Shown: positions 1 through 25,019 of the stretch, piece after piece
Layout of the letters: the number at the start of each line of letters is the position of its first letter
Numbering within the stretch: position 1 is the stretch's first letter
NCBI GenBank assembly: GCA_963693365.1
Contig: CAVNZM010000001.1
Coordinates: 9,626,907 to 9,690,906, forward strand
Direction: 5' to 3'
DNA length: 64,000 bases
From: Amoebidium appalachense
Lineage: Eukaryota; Protista; Ichthyosporea
Position numbers and translations under genes: made by a program
The notes under the pieces: model-generated
What the model was told of the DNA's origin: nothing
Seen by the model: the letters and a program-made list of their open reading frames with translations, nothing else
The model's database searches: none

Positions 1-134
1 ATGAAGATGATGATGATGATATATTCACACACATGCATGCATCCAGGCAGGCACGGACACAAGGACACACACAAACATGCAGACAGAGAATGGCCAGGAA
101 AGGGGTAAATCACACAGGGGACCGGGTAGGGATT

Positions 135-184
<50 letters not shown>

Positions 185-189
185 GAAAC

Positions 190-236
<47 letters not shown>

Positions 237-320
237 ACGTGTGTGTGTGTGATGAAAGCAACAATCTATCACACACAGAGAAAAAGAGAGAGAAAGAGAG
301 AGGAAAGAAAACAGCATGAC

Positions 321-2774
<2,454 letters not shown>

Positions 2775-3048
2775 AGATTTGAAAATAAGCGCTACATTCA
2801 AACATCACAATGCAGACATATGTCCTACCTCTTATTTCTTTCAGCCCCTGATAAGATGTTCATTTCTTTCAGTGCTTGATCTGAGGGTAGCGCTTTCTAT
2901 TTTTTATTTTTTTTTTATTTTCTTTTCTTTGCTTTCTTTCGTCTTTTATTTTTTTCTTTTCTTTCTTTCTTTCTTTTTTTTTTTTTTTTTTTTTTTGGGG
3001 GGGGGGGGGGGGTTAGGGTCACTGACTTGAACGTTTGAAATTGCGCAG

Positions 3049-11031
<7,983 letters not shown>

Positions 11032-11222
11032 CCCCCCCTCCCCCCACACCCTCCTTCTTCCTCACGCAACTCTCTCCCTTTTCCTCTCCAAACGCTTTCA
11101 TGTTCTTGCTTAACTTATCGGCCTTTAAATGTTAACATATTTAGACCCCCCCCCCCCCCCCGGCCCCCTTCTCTTTCCGGGCAGGAAAAAAGAAAAAAAA
11201 AGGAAAAAAGGGGGGGAAAGGG

Positions 11223-11286
<64 letters not shown>

Positions 11287-12057
11287 GGGAGAAGCACCCA
11301 TCCACCCCGTCCCGTCGCACTCGAGCACATAGCCATACGTGTTACCTGATCCGTGTTGCCCATTACACCCTTTGTATGGTAGTAGGGTGCCAAAAGTCAG
11401 TTTTCTTGCCATAAAAAACCAATGCAGAGTTTTTTGTTTTTTTTTCACGGGACCAAAAAATGGAGAGATGGATAGTTTCCCCCTTACATAGTTTACTCTC
11501 TTTATACAGTTGCATACATTCACCCGTCACCCATAGACCGTCATGCGAGGCTCTGCAATAAGACACTACAGTTTCAATAGAATTTGATACATTTACATGC
11601 CGTGATATGTGTAAGTAGTATAGAAGACAAGGTGTGGATATGTATTTACAGCTGCACGTTTTTTTTTTGTTTTTTTTTTTGTTTTTTTTTTTGTTTTTTT
11701 TTGAAATGATTGGAATCTCACTTATTGATATTATTGGTGACGGACTCAGAAACATGAGTTTGTATGAGATGATGAATTTTTGTGACATTCACTGAGGGGT
11801 TTAAATTTAGTGTTATATATTGTACTGTTATTTTTAAGGTTATTTGTTGTTATTTATCGTCATTTGACTAATAGTACGGGGTTGTTGCAATAACTCGAGA
11901 TGTAGCATCCTATAGTACATAGTAAATGTACCTAAATTTAGGACTTGTTGGCTTTGAGCCCAAGGAATAGTACCTGTGTTGTATTTGTGAATAACGGCAA
12001 TTACATAGCATTTTACGAACTGGCGAGCATTGAATGCAGGATCTCAACCTATCGGTG

Positions 12058-12093
<36 letters not shown>

Positions 12094-12204
12094 CCCCCCC
12101 CCCCCCCCCCCTTCCCCCCTTCCCCCCTCCCCCCCAATCATACATACACACGTACACCATCCCCCCCTCCCCTCGACATCTCCCCCTCCAACCCAACAAT
12201 TGCA

Positions 12205-12246
<42 letters not shown>

Positions 12247-12416
12247 ACACACACACGTACACACACACACACAACCATCGTCCCCACACACACCCCTCCC
12301 CCCCCCCCCCCGGCCCGGCCTCTCCCCCTTCAACCACACAACTGCAATCTACACACATGCACACGCACAAATACACGCGAACACACGCGCACGCACGCAC
12401 GCACACACGCACACGT

Positions 12417-12453
<37 letters not shown>

Positions 12454-12515
12454 TTGAAACGAAAACCCCTTGCATCCCAGCTTCCGGAGGCACCCTCCCT
12501 TCTCCTCCTCCTCCT

Positions 12516-12547
<32 letters not shown>

Positions 12548-13149
12548 TTGTTGCTGGCTCATGGAAATATAAGATCAGAAGATGGCCGGGGGTGTACATG
12601 GCTTGTTAGGTAGGTGCGCTATACCAGTGGAAATCCTAATGATCGGAGTGCATAATGCCGAATCTGGGGGTGTCTCTATACACATGGTGCCATATACATG
12701 TATGTGTGGATCTTCCCTAAGTCATCATCAGCCTCATGACAAAACGGCAGCGCGTTGGACAAACACCGTGACACACGTAATGATATACGCATGTTTACTT
12801 TGTAGTAGAATGGGTGGATCTCACGTTTCATTGTAGCATATATGTGTATTCATCTGCAATCCATGTGTAGCTGTTCATATATTGGGGGGATAAACGCATG
12901 GCGAAACGGTGAACGAATTGCCGTGTGTTCTAATATTATTATAGGCTACGTCCACTTAGCCCCGTTCATTATAGCTAAAGGAACCACCAGCAGTCACAGT
13001 GACTTCGACAAGTACACACGCACGTACAGACACGTACGCAAAGACCCACGCACTCACAAACAATAAAAGCCACCAGGCACGCACGCACGCACGCACAAAC
13101 ACGTGCGTGCACTCTCTCCACATAAGTCACCATGGTCTGCTCGCTAAAC

Positions 13150-13773
13150 ATGTCAGGTGATGTTCCCGTGCCACTGGCCCAGGCAGGGGCTGGGGATGAG
13201 GAGGCTGTGAAGGAGTACCTCAGCACGGGCGACGTGGGAATCTTGGATGAGGTGACTACACACACTCTCATTTTTTTTGTTTCGTTCAGGGATCCGTATA
13301 TGTTGCATTCAATTCTTGCATAAAGATAGCTCTCTCTCTGCTGTGCTAGTAAAAGAAATGGAAAAAACATATGCACCGGGAGAGAAACTAGTGTACGCAC
13401 AGGGACTGGTGTTCAAAGGCTAGGACGTATTTGCACACGCATGCACACACACACAGGCCCGCGCACACACACACACACGCACACACACACGCACTTTCAC
13501 ACGCGCACGCACACACACACACACACTCACACACTCACTCACTCACTCACTCACTCACTCACTCACTCACCCACTCACTCACTCACTCACACGCCCTCTC
13601 TCACATGCTACAATCACACAGAGAGAATCAAGCATTCAATTACGCAAACACACGCTTGCAAAGGTACATGGTTAGAGAAGGAGAAGTAATACCAGAATCC
13701 AGGCACGCACAAAGAGAGGGACATAGTGAGAGGGTGGGTAAGGTGTTTTTTTTTTGTGTGTGTGGGGGCGGAG

Positions 13774-13805
<32 letters not shown>

Positions 13806-14370
13806 ATAGCTGCACCACCCAGAGAGATGCGGGTGAGGTGCAAGAGAAACAGGTGTACCCCCCCCACACACACACACAAACACACACACACAGAGAGGAT
13901 ACATCCAGCTGCGCAAATGATATGCACACGTGTGTGTGTGTGCGCACACACACACACACACACGTGCGCGCGAACGATATCCTGTACTTCACAAACGATA
14001 TACACAACACATGTAATATGCAGAAGGAAAGTTTTGTTCGTCGCTACTATTTCCCTGTATACTCCAACACCTATTAGTTTGTTATCTTAGTTATCCTAAT
14101 AACTTTTCGTTTACTGCTTCCTTGTACTCTACATATTTTTCTTGAAAATTCGAATTCTCTCTCTCTCGCTCTCTCTCGCTCCCCCTCCCTCCCTCTCTCC
14201 CTCCCGCCCCCCCCCCCCCCCCTTCCCACCCCCCCCCCCTCCCCCCCAATACCCTCCCTCCCCCTTCCCCTCCCTCCCTCCCTCCCTCCCTCTCTCCCCC
14301 CTCCCCCCTCCCCCGCTCCCCTCCCTCCCTCTCTCTCTCTCTCCCTCCCTCCCTCCCCTCTCTCTCTCTC

Positions 14371-14445
<75 letters not shown>

Positions 14446-14676
14446 CCCCCCCCTCCCTCCCCCCTTCCCCCCCCCACCTTTTCCCGCACCCGTTTCTCTC
14501 GCTCCCTCTCACTTGCCTCTGCCTCTCTCTCTCTCTCCCTCCTTCCCTCTATCTGCATCCTTCTCGTCTCCTCCCCTTCCCATTCCCACACAAAAACATG
14601 GACTCACAAACACACGTGCACGCGCACACGCGCACACACACACACACACACACACACTCACATACACACTCACACA

Positions 14677-14718
<42 letters not shown>

Positions 14719-15114
14719 GGCCGGGGCCTGCTCCACCATGCCTGCCAGGGCAACCAGACAGCCATCGTCAAGATGCTATTGGCTGCCTCCCTGCCCCACA
14801 GCCCCGTCAGTGCGGTATGTGCTTCCTGGTTGGCTGGTTAAATTTTTTTAAAAAAAATTTCTTGCATTGGTTGAGTTACCTGTTGTTTTACTATAATGTA
14901 CTTTTTAAGAAGACAAACGTCCCTCTTCTTTTATTTAGACCGTTAGCACGGATCGAAAACCATCTAATTCTGTTCTGAAACGTGTGCTGCGTTTTGCTCC
15001 TTTCAGCAATATTGTTTGCTTGTTTGTGACCCGCGAACACACATGAAATTCAAGATTTGATACAGGCTGTTCTTGTCTATCGTGGTCCTGTTTTGTCCCT
15101 CCCTCCCCCGCCCC

Positions 15115-15212
<98 letters not shown>

Positions 15213-15220
15213 CACACATA

Positions 15221-15289
<69 letters not shown>

Positions 15290-15725
15290 ACAAAAACACA
15301 TGCACCGACTAACCCACCCAACCCATGCAATCTGATTGGGCAATGAATCTGACGATGTGATTGGTTGCAGCTTGGTGACGTGCCATTCCATTGGGTGTCT
15401 GCTTGGGGCAACATCGAGGCTCTGTCAGCTCTGCTGCAGGCGGGCGCAGACATAAATCATGCAGACAAGGTGTGTTTGTGTGTGGGGGGGGGGGGAGGGG
15501 GGGGGATGGGGTGTGTATGTGGGGGAACGGGGTGGGGGAGATTAGGGAGGGGGGACGGGGGGACGGCAGGGGGGGGGAGGAATCACTTGAAGGGTGTATG
15601 CGGGTGTGTTCGTGGGGGGAAAAAGGTATGTGGAGGATTGGGGTGGGGGGGGGGGGGGGGAGGGGGTGGAGGAGATGAGGGGGAGTGGCGGGTATGTAGA
15701 CAGGGTTTGTGTATGTGTGTGTGTG

Positions 15726-15760
<35 letters not shown>

Positions 15761-16397
15761 GAGGGACACCACTCAATATGACATTACCCGTAATGTCTCC
15801 ATGTGCTTGGGTCGTTGGATGGTTTGTATCAAGTTCTGCTTCCTGATCTTTTTCCTCTTTCTCCCCCCCCCCCCCCCCCCCCCCCCCCCCCATCCCCTCC
15901 AAACTTTCTGTTTTTGATATGTGCCTGCCTCATTGTGTGTGTGGGTGTGTTTGTTGCGAGGGAGGTGGGAAGGATGAGTAGTTGTGCGAGCGCGCGTGTG
16001 TGCCATTTTGTGTGGGGGTAAGGAGAGAGATAGGGGGGGCGAGCAGGGGAGGGGGGCATCAGTGTGTACGTGTATTGCAGGCATGTGTGACTGAATGCAG
16101 AACTTCACACCATGCTCTATTTCTGTGGCCATAGTAACGTCGTCTTGGTTGGGGGGTTTTTCCTTTTCTCTTTTTTTTCTTTGTTTCTTTGTTTCTTTTT
16201 TTTTGCCCCGAGGGTCTGTCTGAAGGGGTACGTTAAATTGACGTTCGTGGGGTTTTTTTCAATACAGGACGGATTTACCCCTCTGCATTGGTCTGTGGCC
16301 GGTGGGAGCAAAGACTGTGTGATTTGGTTGCTGGAAAATGGCGCAGATGTCATGGCTGAAAATGGGGTTAGAACCCCCCCACACACACACACACCTC

Positions 16398-16482
<85 letters not shown>

Positions 16483-16785
16483 CACGCCCTGCCCCCCCCC
16501 CCCCCCCCCCCCCCCCCCTCTCTCTGTTCTGTTGTGGAGGCATAGGAGCCTCCCTAATGATGGGCTCTGTTCAAATGTCTTCTGCCTGCACGATTATCGT
16601 CTGTTTTATTTTTAGATTGTTTGGTTTCGGGGTCGTTTTCATTTCTGTACGTTTTGTGTTTGTCCTTGGTGTCCCCCCTATATTGCCAACCCTCTCATGC
16701 ATACATCACCCCCCTCCCCGTCTTCCCTCTCCCCCCCCCCCCCCCCCTCCCCCGCCGCCGCCGCCACGACCACCACCACCACACA

Positions 16786-16883
<98 letters not shown>

Positions 16884-17047
16884 CACACACAAACACACAG
16901 AAACCCCCTGAGGATGGGCTCTGCTTATGTTGCATAGTGCAGGTGTTGCTGATGTTGTATACTTAAAAGTTTGCCGGTGCATGTGCTCTGCACCGTGCTT
17001 CTCATCGTGTATGTGTACGTCGTACTGTGTTTCGCATTCTAACCCAG

Positions 17048-17081
<34 letters not shown>

Positions 17082-17977
17082 CCCCGAAAAAAGAAAAAAA
17101 AAAACACAACATAGGCGTGTGTGTGCATGTGCATACACGCACCACACACACACACACACACACACACATGCACAGTTCTACCTCAACACCCCCCTTCATG
17201 AGGCTGCCCGGTGGGGTTGCACCGAAATTGCCAAAGTTCTGATCGATCACGGGGCTGACGTGTTTGCTGAAAATATCGTAAGCATCCCCCCCTCCCCCTT
17301 CCCCCCCCCCCCCCCCCCCCCCCCTCCCCCCCCCCCCCTGCAAAGCAAAAGAAAAGGAAGAAGAAGGAGAAATAAAGAAAGGAACGGGAGAGAAAGGGGA
17401 GTTGAAAAATGAAAGCACACGTAGTGTTTCGTGCATAGCCGAATCCTTTGCAAATGTGGATGGGTGTGGGTGGGTGTGGGTGGGTGGGTCTGTGTATGTG
17501 CTTGTGTGTGCGTGTGTACTAATATGTATCTTCCACGAGAAGACACTCCGAAGTTAAAGCTTGATCTGCATCGATTGACCTAACTTTGATTATCCAATGG
17601 TTAACTATCTTTTAAATTTTGTAGTTTGATCTTGAGCCAAGTTGATTTGATGATTGGTCAATGTCTGAGCCTCGATTCAATCGTCATCTGGCGAAAGAAG
17701 GTTCTTCAATGAAAAACACATATATTCTAATAAAACCTTTGTGGTCGCGCGTCGCTGACAAACATGTCGTACCGCTTGATAGAGCAAAAAAATAGCTTTC
17801 ATTTAATTATTGGGTCGAAGGGGTTTCGATGGCTGCGATGGGTCGAAAAATACAAAAAAAAACAAAAGTGTCTTCTCGTAGAAGGTACATATTATATTAG
17901 TGGTAGTAGTAAATCAATCATTTTATTTTATTCACTCGTAATGTTCTTTGTAGACTGTGCGTGTGTGTGGAGGGCAG

Positions 17978-18008
<31 letters not shown>

Positions 18009-18414
18009 ATCTTTGTGTCGGTGTGTGGATGCCTGTGTGTGTGCGCGGGGGGAAGGGGGGGGGGGGGGGGGGGGGGTATTCGTCTATGCATATGATGCCT
18101 GATGCTTTGTCAGTGGACTGCTTGATTGCCGTTTCCCTTCCCTCCCCCCCCCCCCCCCCCCCCCTTGCCCCCCTGCCCCTCCGTCCCCCCTTTGGCGTTT
18201 TTTCTATTCACACTTGGGCATTACCAACATTCCCCTCCCCGCCTCCACCCCTTGAGAGCCGGAACACGTACACCCAAAACACACATGCACACACACGTGC
18301 GTGCACGCACACACACACGCACGCACACACACGCACACACACACACACACACTCACGCGCACGCGCACACACACACGCACACGCAGACAGACACACACAC
18401 ACCGACACACACAC

Positions 18415-18470
<56 letters not shown>

Positions 18471-18601
18471 ACACACACACACAGGAGGGCAAGCGCGCCC
18501 TTGAGATTGCCATCGAAAGGGACCGTCCCAACACGACGGCACTTTTGGAAGCCATTATGGCAGCCAGTGAAAATCAAGAACAGGATCACGTGTTGGAGTA
18601 A
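13150..18601 (+). CDS. Ankyrin-repeat protein, about 205 aa, 6 exons
   Basis: Exons 13150-13251 (ATG), 14716-14814, 15371-15469, 16268-16366, 17176-17277 and 18485-18601 (TAA), all GT-AG and phase 0. Ankyrin motifs: [30 protein letters not shown]...[17 protein letters not shown]....G...[34 protein letters not shown] and EGKRALEIA. Confidence 0.92.
16530..17047 (+). repeat. Two further copies of the hammerhead-motif module in an ankyrin intron
   Basis: TGTGGAGGCATAGGAGCCTCCCTAATGATGGGCTCTGTTCAA (16533 onward) matches 10361 onward. CCCTGAGGATGGGCTCTGCTTATG (16906 onward) matches 3685 onward. Both end in poly-C. Confidence 0.8.
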
Positions 18602-20221
18602 CAACAAACCAAAAAATGTTCATATAATTCCGAATTTCCGATAGCGGGCGGGGTAAGGTTAAGGCATATCTATGAATACGTCTTGTGCGATAGGTATTCA
18701 GGAGAGACAGTGTTTGTCTCATGATATTCCATTGTTAGTTTACCGTGAATTATACAGGTTTTTGGTAGTGCGCGGTAGCAGTTGTAGTCAAAAAAAGTGG
18801 ATCACACACGCTGTTCCATTGTAAGTTCCACTGACACTAAATAATTTGTCTGCCGTTGATAATCATTACCCAAGTTAGTATGTTAAACAGTAGTAGGAAG
18901 CAAATTGAGTAAGTTTCAATACATGGCCAATTAGAGCACGGTTCACACACGTGTTTCGTACTTCTTACGTTGTTTGAAGCGATTAATAAATGCAGTTGGT
19001 TGGTTGGGTGTGTCAGAGTCTTAAAATAGAGGGCCAATCAATCAGAGCCCACCTTATTTATTCGAGCCAATAGAATTGGAGATAAATGGTGAGATTTTGC
19101 CACTTGGAATGGGCTTTGGATGCGGTGGGATTTGCCACCGGGGCCCGGCGACGGGCTGAGTGTTGTTTTGTGCGGGTAAACGGAGAAGCAGAGTGCACAA
19201 ATGGGTGTTATGATATACACAACACACAGACACACAGGAAAAACACAACCGGAGAGGTGGAAAGGTTTCTGAGACGACTTGAAATATTTTCAACTGCTTG
19301 ATATTTATTTCAAGATGAAGTCCTTTTTATACGCAGAGATGTGGAGCCGACAAAGGCTAAGCCAATCAAAAAAACGAAAACTATGAGGGCAAATAAATCG
19401 AAATACCTGTCGACACATTGAAGATAAATCGTAATCTTCTAATGAAAGCACGGAAAGATTTACTAAAGCTAAATAAATGAAACTATTTATATATCTATTA
19501 GTTCACATCATATATTTATACATGTTCCTAATATAAACACGTCTAAATATAAGTATTCCTAATAGCTGGGGAACATAGAGCAATTCTACGTCGTGGGAAA
19601 AGAAGGAAAAGGAATGAGGATAGAAAGGAATGGAATGGGAAAGGAATCGAGTGGAATAAAGGAGGAATGTGGGTTTCTGTATTTGGGGAAATTAAACGAC
19701 ATCTGATTGGACAACTATCGGACACGAACGCACCATGTAAATTTAGTATTGGAGAGGGGTAAAAGACGCAAACAACATTACATGTACGTGGGCCAAGTGG
19801 CTCGGTGTGTACACAGATCAACGATATCTGTGCACACGGAAACGGGAATGAAAGAAAGGAAAAAGGGAAAAGGAAACGAACAACAACAAACTAATAAACA
19901 TATGTATAACTCAACTTCTAAGCTCTTGCCGTTATCCATGTGTAGATGACACTGAGGGAGGGGGGGGCTGGAAGACATCGAAAGTCCTTGCAGGGGCCTG
20001 TATTGGTGGTGTTGCATGACCCCCCGCACCCCCCCCCCCCCCCCCCCCCTTGAAGTTCGGGAGACACACACACACGTGCATACAAACACATACGCATACA
20101 CACGTGCGCGCACACACACACACACACACACACATACACACACACACATACACACACATGCAAACTTAAACAAAAAATGTGTAGGTGGGTCTCTCTCTCT
20201 CTCTCTCTCTCTCTGTCTGTC

Positions 20222-20263
<42 letters not shown>

Positions 20264-20622
20264 CCCCCCCCCCTCTCCCTCTCTCTCGCTCTCCCTTCCT
20301 CCCTCTCTTCCTCTCTCCCTCACTACCTTCCTCGCTCCGTCCCCCCCCCCCCCCTCTCTCTCCCCCCTCCCCCCCCCCCCCCCATCTGCCCCCAACCTCC
20401 CTGCCCCCCCCCCCCCCCCCTATTTTTCTTTTCTTTTTTTTGTCCTTAATCCCCCCCCTCCCTCATTCTTCACTCCCCCCGTGTTTATTTATTTATTTAT
20501 TTATTTATTTATTGGTTTTAGTTTGCCTGTTAATGCATCTTTCTTCATTTTCCCAACCCTCCAATGCATAAGTATATTCCCCCCATCCTCCCCCCCCCCC
20601 CCCCCCCTCTCTTCCCCTCCCT

Positions 20623-20866
20623 CCCCTTCTCTATAGGTTAGGGAGTCGGGGAGCTTTGTAAAAGCCCGGCTTATGCTCTATTTAATTCTCTGCTTGTTTT
20701 CTTTGTTTTTGTGTGCTTGCAGATTTCTTAATGATTAACTGCTCCTCGAACAACCCTGCTAGTCTTTGGCCAAGACGGGTGGACTCGCCTATTGCTGTTG
20801 AAACAAAGTATGGGTTGGGAACCACGCCACGCGCGAGGGGACAAAGAGTCGAAACCCATGTCTTGG
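20623..20866 (+). repeat. Dispersed copy of the Penelope 3' region (matches 10114-10360)
   Basis: Near-identical CCCTTCTCTATAGGTTAGGGAGTCGGGGAGCTTTGTA.AAGCCCGGCTTATGCTCTAT...CAAGACGGGTGGACTCGCCTATTGCTGTTGAAACAAAGTATGGGTTGGGAACCAC...AAAGAGTCGAAACCCATG. It is truncated before the CUGAnGA strand. Confidence 0.85.
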
Positions 20867-20897
20867 CACTTTCTCTCTTTCTCTCTTTGGATCGCGA

Positions 20898-21025
20898 GGC
20901 AAGGCTCCCTCTCTCTCTTAAAAAGCAAGCCTGTCTTCTCTCTTTAAAAGCAAGCCTCTCTTTCTCTCTTTAGAGGCAAGGTTCTTATTCTCTCTTTAAA
21001 AGCGAGGCTCCCCTTCTCTCTTTAA
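20898..21025. repeat. Degenerate minisatellite, about 25-30 bp unit (GCAAG...TCTCTCTTTAAA), about 5 copies
   Basis: Directly visible tandem units. Confidence 0.6.
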
Positions 21026-21109
21026 ACAAAAAAGCTATCTTTCTCATTATCATATACATGAGTCAAAGCAATAACGCCCCTTTCTCCCTCAGCTCCCCTG
21101 CTCTCTCTC

Positions 21110-21142
<33 letters not shown>

Positions 21143-21268
21143 TGAAATCTCATTTTGTCCCTCTTTCTCTAAGACCCTCTCTTTCTTTCTCACCCCCTCA
21201 CTCCCCCCTCCCCCCTCCCCCACCCCCTCCCTCCCTCCCTCCCCCCCCTCTCTCTCCCTCTCTCAATC

Positions 21269-21302
<34 letters not shown>

Positions 21303-21396
21303 GTTTCTCCCTCTCTCTCTCTCTATCCCCCCCCCCCCCTCTTCCCTCTCACTACCCCCCTCCCCTCTCCCCTTCCCTCGCACCCTCTCCTCCCCG

Positions 21397-21549
<153 letters not shown>

Positions 21550-21562
21550 GCTCTCGCTCTCG

Positions 21563-21705
<143 letters not shown>

Positions 21706-21719
21706 CGCCCTCCCCCCTC

Positions 21720-21762
<43 letters not shown>

Positions 21763-21848
21763 AACCCCCCCCCCCCTCCCTTCCCCCCTCCACCACCTCT
21801 CTCGTTCCCTTTCCGTTTAGCCCACCTCCCCACATAACGCTCATCAGG

Positions 21849-22224
21849 GGCAGAAAGATGATCCATGTGCAAACGTTGGAGAGCCAAGAAGCCAATTACC
21901 ACGAGTGCATAAGCAATAATAATAATAATAAATAAGATTAATAATATAAGGCTGCTGTTACTAAAATCATCGGGCAAAATGACAATAAAAAACATTTTTA
22001 TAGTAACTAAGTTCGCCTCCTATATTATAAATTACCGTTACGTTCATCAGGGACAGAAAGAAGACCCATGTGCAGATGTTGTGTGGGTGAGCTGTGGCAG
22101 GCTGAGAACAAAGGATCCGAGTACAATGAGTGCCTAAGCAAGAATGTGTGCAGGCTCTACCCTGCCTGTACCACAGAGGCACTCCAAACCATGTAAGAGA
22201 AGAGATGTCTTCTTACGGAAACAG
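21849..22224 (+). pseudogene. Decayed tandem copies of a Cys-rich exon
   Basis: 21849 onward reads GQKDDPCANV.../ESQEANYHECISNN. 22051 onward reads GQKEDPCADVVWVSC/QAENKGSEYNECLSKNVCRLYPACTT. Both follow CATCAG acceptors, contain frameshifts, and align with 22308-22401 and the 23856 exon. Confidence 0.6.
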
Positions 22225-22307
22225 TGGGGTTTTGTGTTGTGTATTGTTCAACTTGTTTTGTTTTTCTGCTTTCTTTTTTTCTTTCTTTCTTTTTTTTTCT
22301 GGACGAG

Positions 22308-22426
22308 TGTATAGTCAAGAATGTGTGCAGGCTGTACCCTGCCTGTACCACAGATGGCATTGGGAACCAAGCTCGAGAAGAGATGTCTGTTGACAGAAAC
22401 GGTAATTTACGTTGTCTGTTTTTTGT

Positions 22427-22458
<32 letters not shown>

Positions 22459-24416
22459 GAAAATGGACTCGGGGTTACTGTGGTATGTACAGTTGAAACA
22501 ATGTCTGTTTGCAGCCTGAAACATCGGTGGGTTTTGCTTATAATTAGTGTTGTTACGTTTCAGTCTTCCCCCCCTCCCCCCCCCCCTCCCCCCCCCCCCC
22601 CCCCCCTTCCCTCTTTCTTCTTTTTTTTTTCTTTCTTTTTTTCTTTTTTTTGGGGGGGGGGGGGGGGGGGGGGGGAGAGAGAGAGAGATAACCGAGTGCT
22701 CGCACAAACCGTACACACATACACACACACACACCTGCACGCACACGCACACACCTTAAATGGTATACCCACTCGCATGTCATGACCCCTCCTGAGGTGC
22801 ACACATGTGTGGTTGCGGCATCTAGATTTACTCGGACGTTTCACCCTCCCCTCCCCCCTCCCTTACCCTCATTAACCCCCCTCCCCCCGTCCCCCCCTCG
22901 CCCCCCCCCCCCCCCTCCACCCCCTTCCCCCAGGCCCCTCCCCCCCCCCCCCCCCTTCCTTCCTTGCCAGCCCTCCCGCCCCCCCCCCCCCCCCCTCCCC
23001 CCCTCCCCCCTCTCCTTTCCTCCCCTTCCCCCCACAGTCAGCCGAAAACAGCACGAACAAGTGTTATTCAAAGTGCTACACCTTCCGTCCGACGCTTCCC
23101 TGGAGGCCCATTTCGGTGAGCTCATCCCCTCCGTGCGTCGATTGCCGTAAGGACTACATAAATAGGGAATCAGGGTGTTCGTTTACAAGCCCACCTCCGG
23201 GCCGAAGCCGGACGCTGGTGTACTTTCCGGAGAACACGCTGAGTGAACTCCAGAAGTTGTCTGATGGGACGTGCAAAGTCCAGGACCCCAAGGTGAGTGC
23301 ATTGGAGTCCCCCCTCTCCCCCCTCCCCCCTCTCTCCCCCTTTCCCCCCCCCCCCTCCCCCCCCTCCCCCCCCCCCCCCCCCCCCCCCGGCCTCCCATGC
23401 CAGATATAGCTTAGGAATCAGATTATCATTGAACTTAAGTAAGATTGAGAGTAATGCCGATAGTCATGATATTGCCGCTGATACATAATTCAACCAAATG
23501 ACTAAACCGTACTCAGTTACTACAGATAGTATATGCCTGATCACTGTAAGCTAGAATGATTTTCTGACGGGAATTATTTCAATTTTACTAAGAGTACCAA
23601 GGCATGATATCTCTTTCAGAGCTACTGATCATAAGTAACTGTTAGCGGCCTCCGCAAAGACATTAGTTTGTCTGATGTGTGTATCAATCTTGAAATTCTC
23701 CAAGTGCAGAAAGCGGCTAACGATGCTTTCTTACTTATAGTACCAAGGTATATTTCTTCACAGACAGCCGAGCTAATCATAAGCTAGGTCTCATATTAGT
23801 TTATCCAATGTGAATTCGATCTTAAAATATAAATGATTTAAATTTAATTCTCCAGGTACAGAAAGCGGCCAACATTAACGTCGATCCTGACGAGGACAAT
23901 GACGGGGTGACGGACGACTGCGAAACCATCGCCGCCACGTGCAACATGGAAAGAGAGGGCACAAACTACCACAGCTGCCTCGCAAACAATCGGCGCAACT
24001 TCAAGCAGCAATGCACCGGGACTGAAATGGTCGCTATGGCGCTCCAAACCTGCGTGCGCGTCGCAAAGGTATGTAGCCCCCTCTCTCCTAAATTTCCTCT
24101 TTTCCCCTTTACTAGAGTAGATCAGAATCCCCCCCCCCCCCCCCCCCCCCCCCCCCAGTGCCTTTTTTTTTGTTTTACTATAGTCATGATAGAGTTACGG
24201 TACAGCAGCGACCAATCCCATTCCTTCTTTGCCATTCGTTGCCTGCCATAACCACAACCCACTGTATTGATCACAGCAGCTGCAAGAGTACATGCCCGGT
24301 GACCGTGACAATTAATTATCCCCTCCCCCCTTCCCCCCCCCCCCCCCCCATCTAAACACCTAAAAATAACCCCCCCCCCCCCTTCCTCCCACACCCCCCC
24401 CCCCCCCCACCCCCCC

Positions 24417-24513
<97 letters not shown>

Positions 24514-24587
24514 CACACACACACTACACACACACACCGTGACACACACGCACATACACACACTCTCTAGCTCTCTCAGAGTCTATA

Positions 24588-24677
<90 letters not shown>

Positions 24678-24702
24678 CCCTCTCTCCCTCCCTCCTCCCC
24701 CC

Positions 24703-24739
<37 letters not shown>

Positions 24740-25019
24740 CGCACACAAACACACAACACTGTGACACAACACACCGTGGCACCCATGCATGTGCACCACC
24801 CATATTACATTGCCGCAGAGAGTGAAAGCAAGTTATAAATACTACGACTGCGGTGACATGTGCAAGGCATACGGCGATCAGTCTCTGTGGTGCCAGGATT
24901 GCATCCTGGCCAAAATTCTGGATTACGGCTGCGAATTTACCGGAAGTGACATTGGCACTAGTATTATGAGGGTGTTGGTTAATACCGAAAGAACCCTCCG
25001 CGATTTTTCAAAATGTTGA
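22308..25019 (+). CDS. Unknown cysteine-rich repeat protein (5' end unresolved)
   Basis: Clear GT-AG exons at 23038 (or 23042)-23292, 23856-24068 and 24819-25019 (TGA), with a probable exon at 22308-22401. Each large exon carries a similar module, C-x3-6-C...(C/Y)xxC-x10-12-C-x0-2-T. No start codon was identified. Confidence 0.65.
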
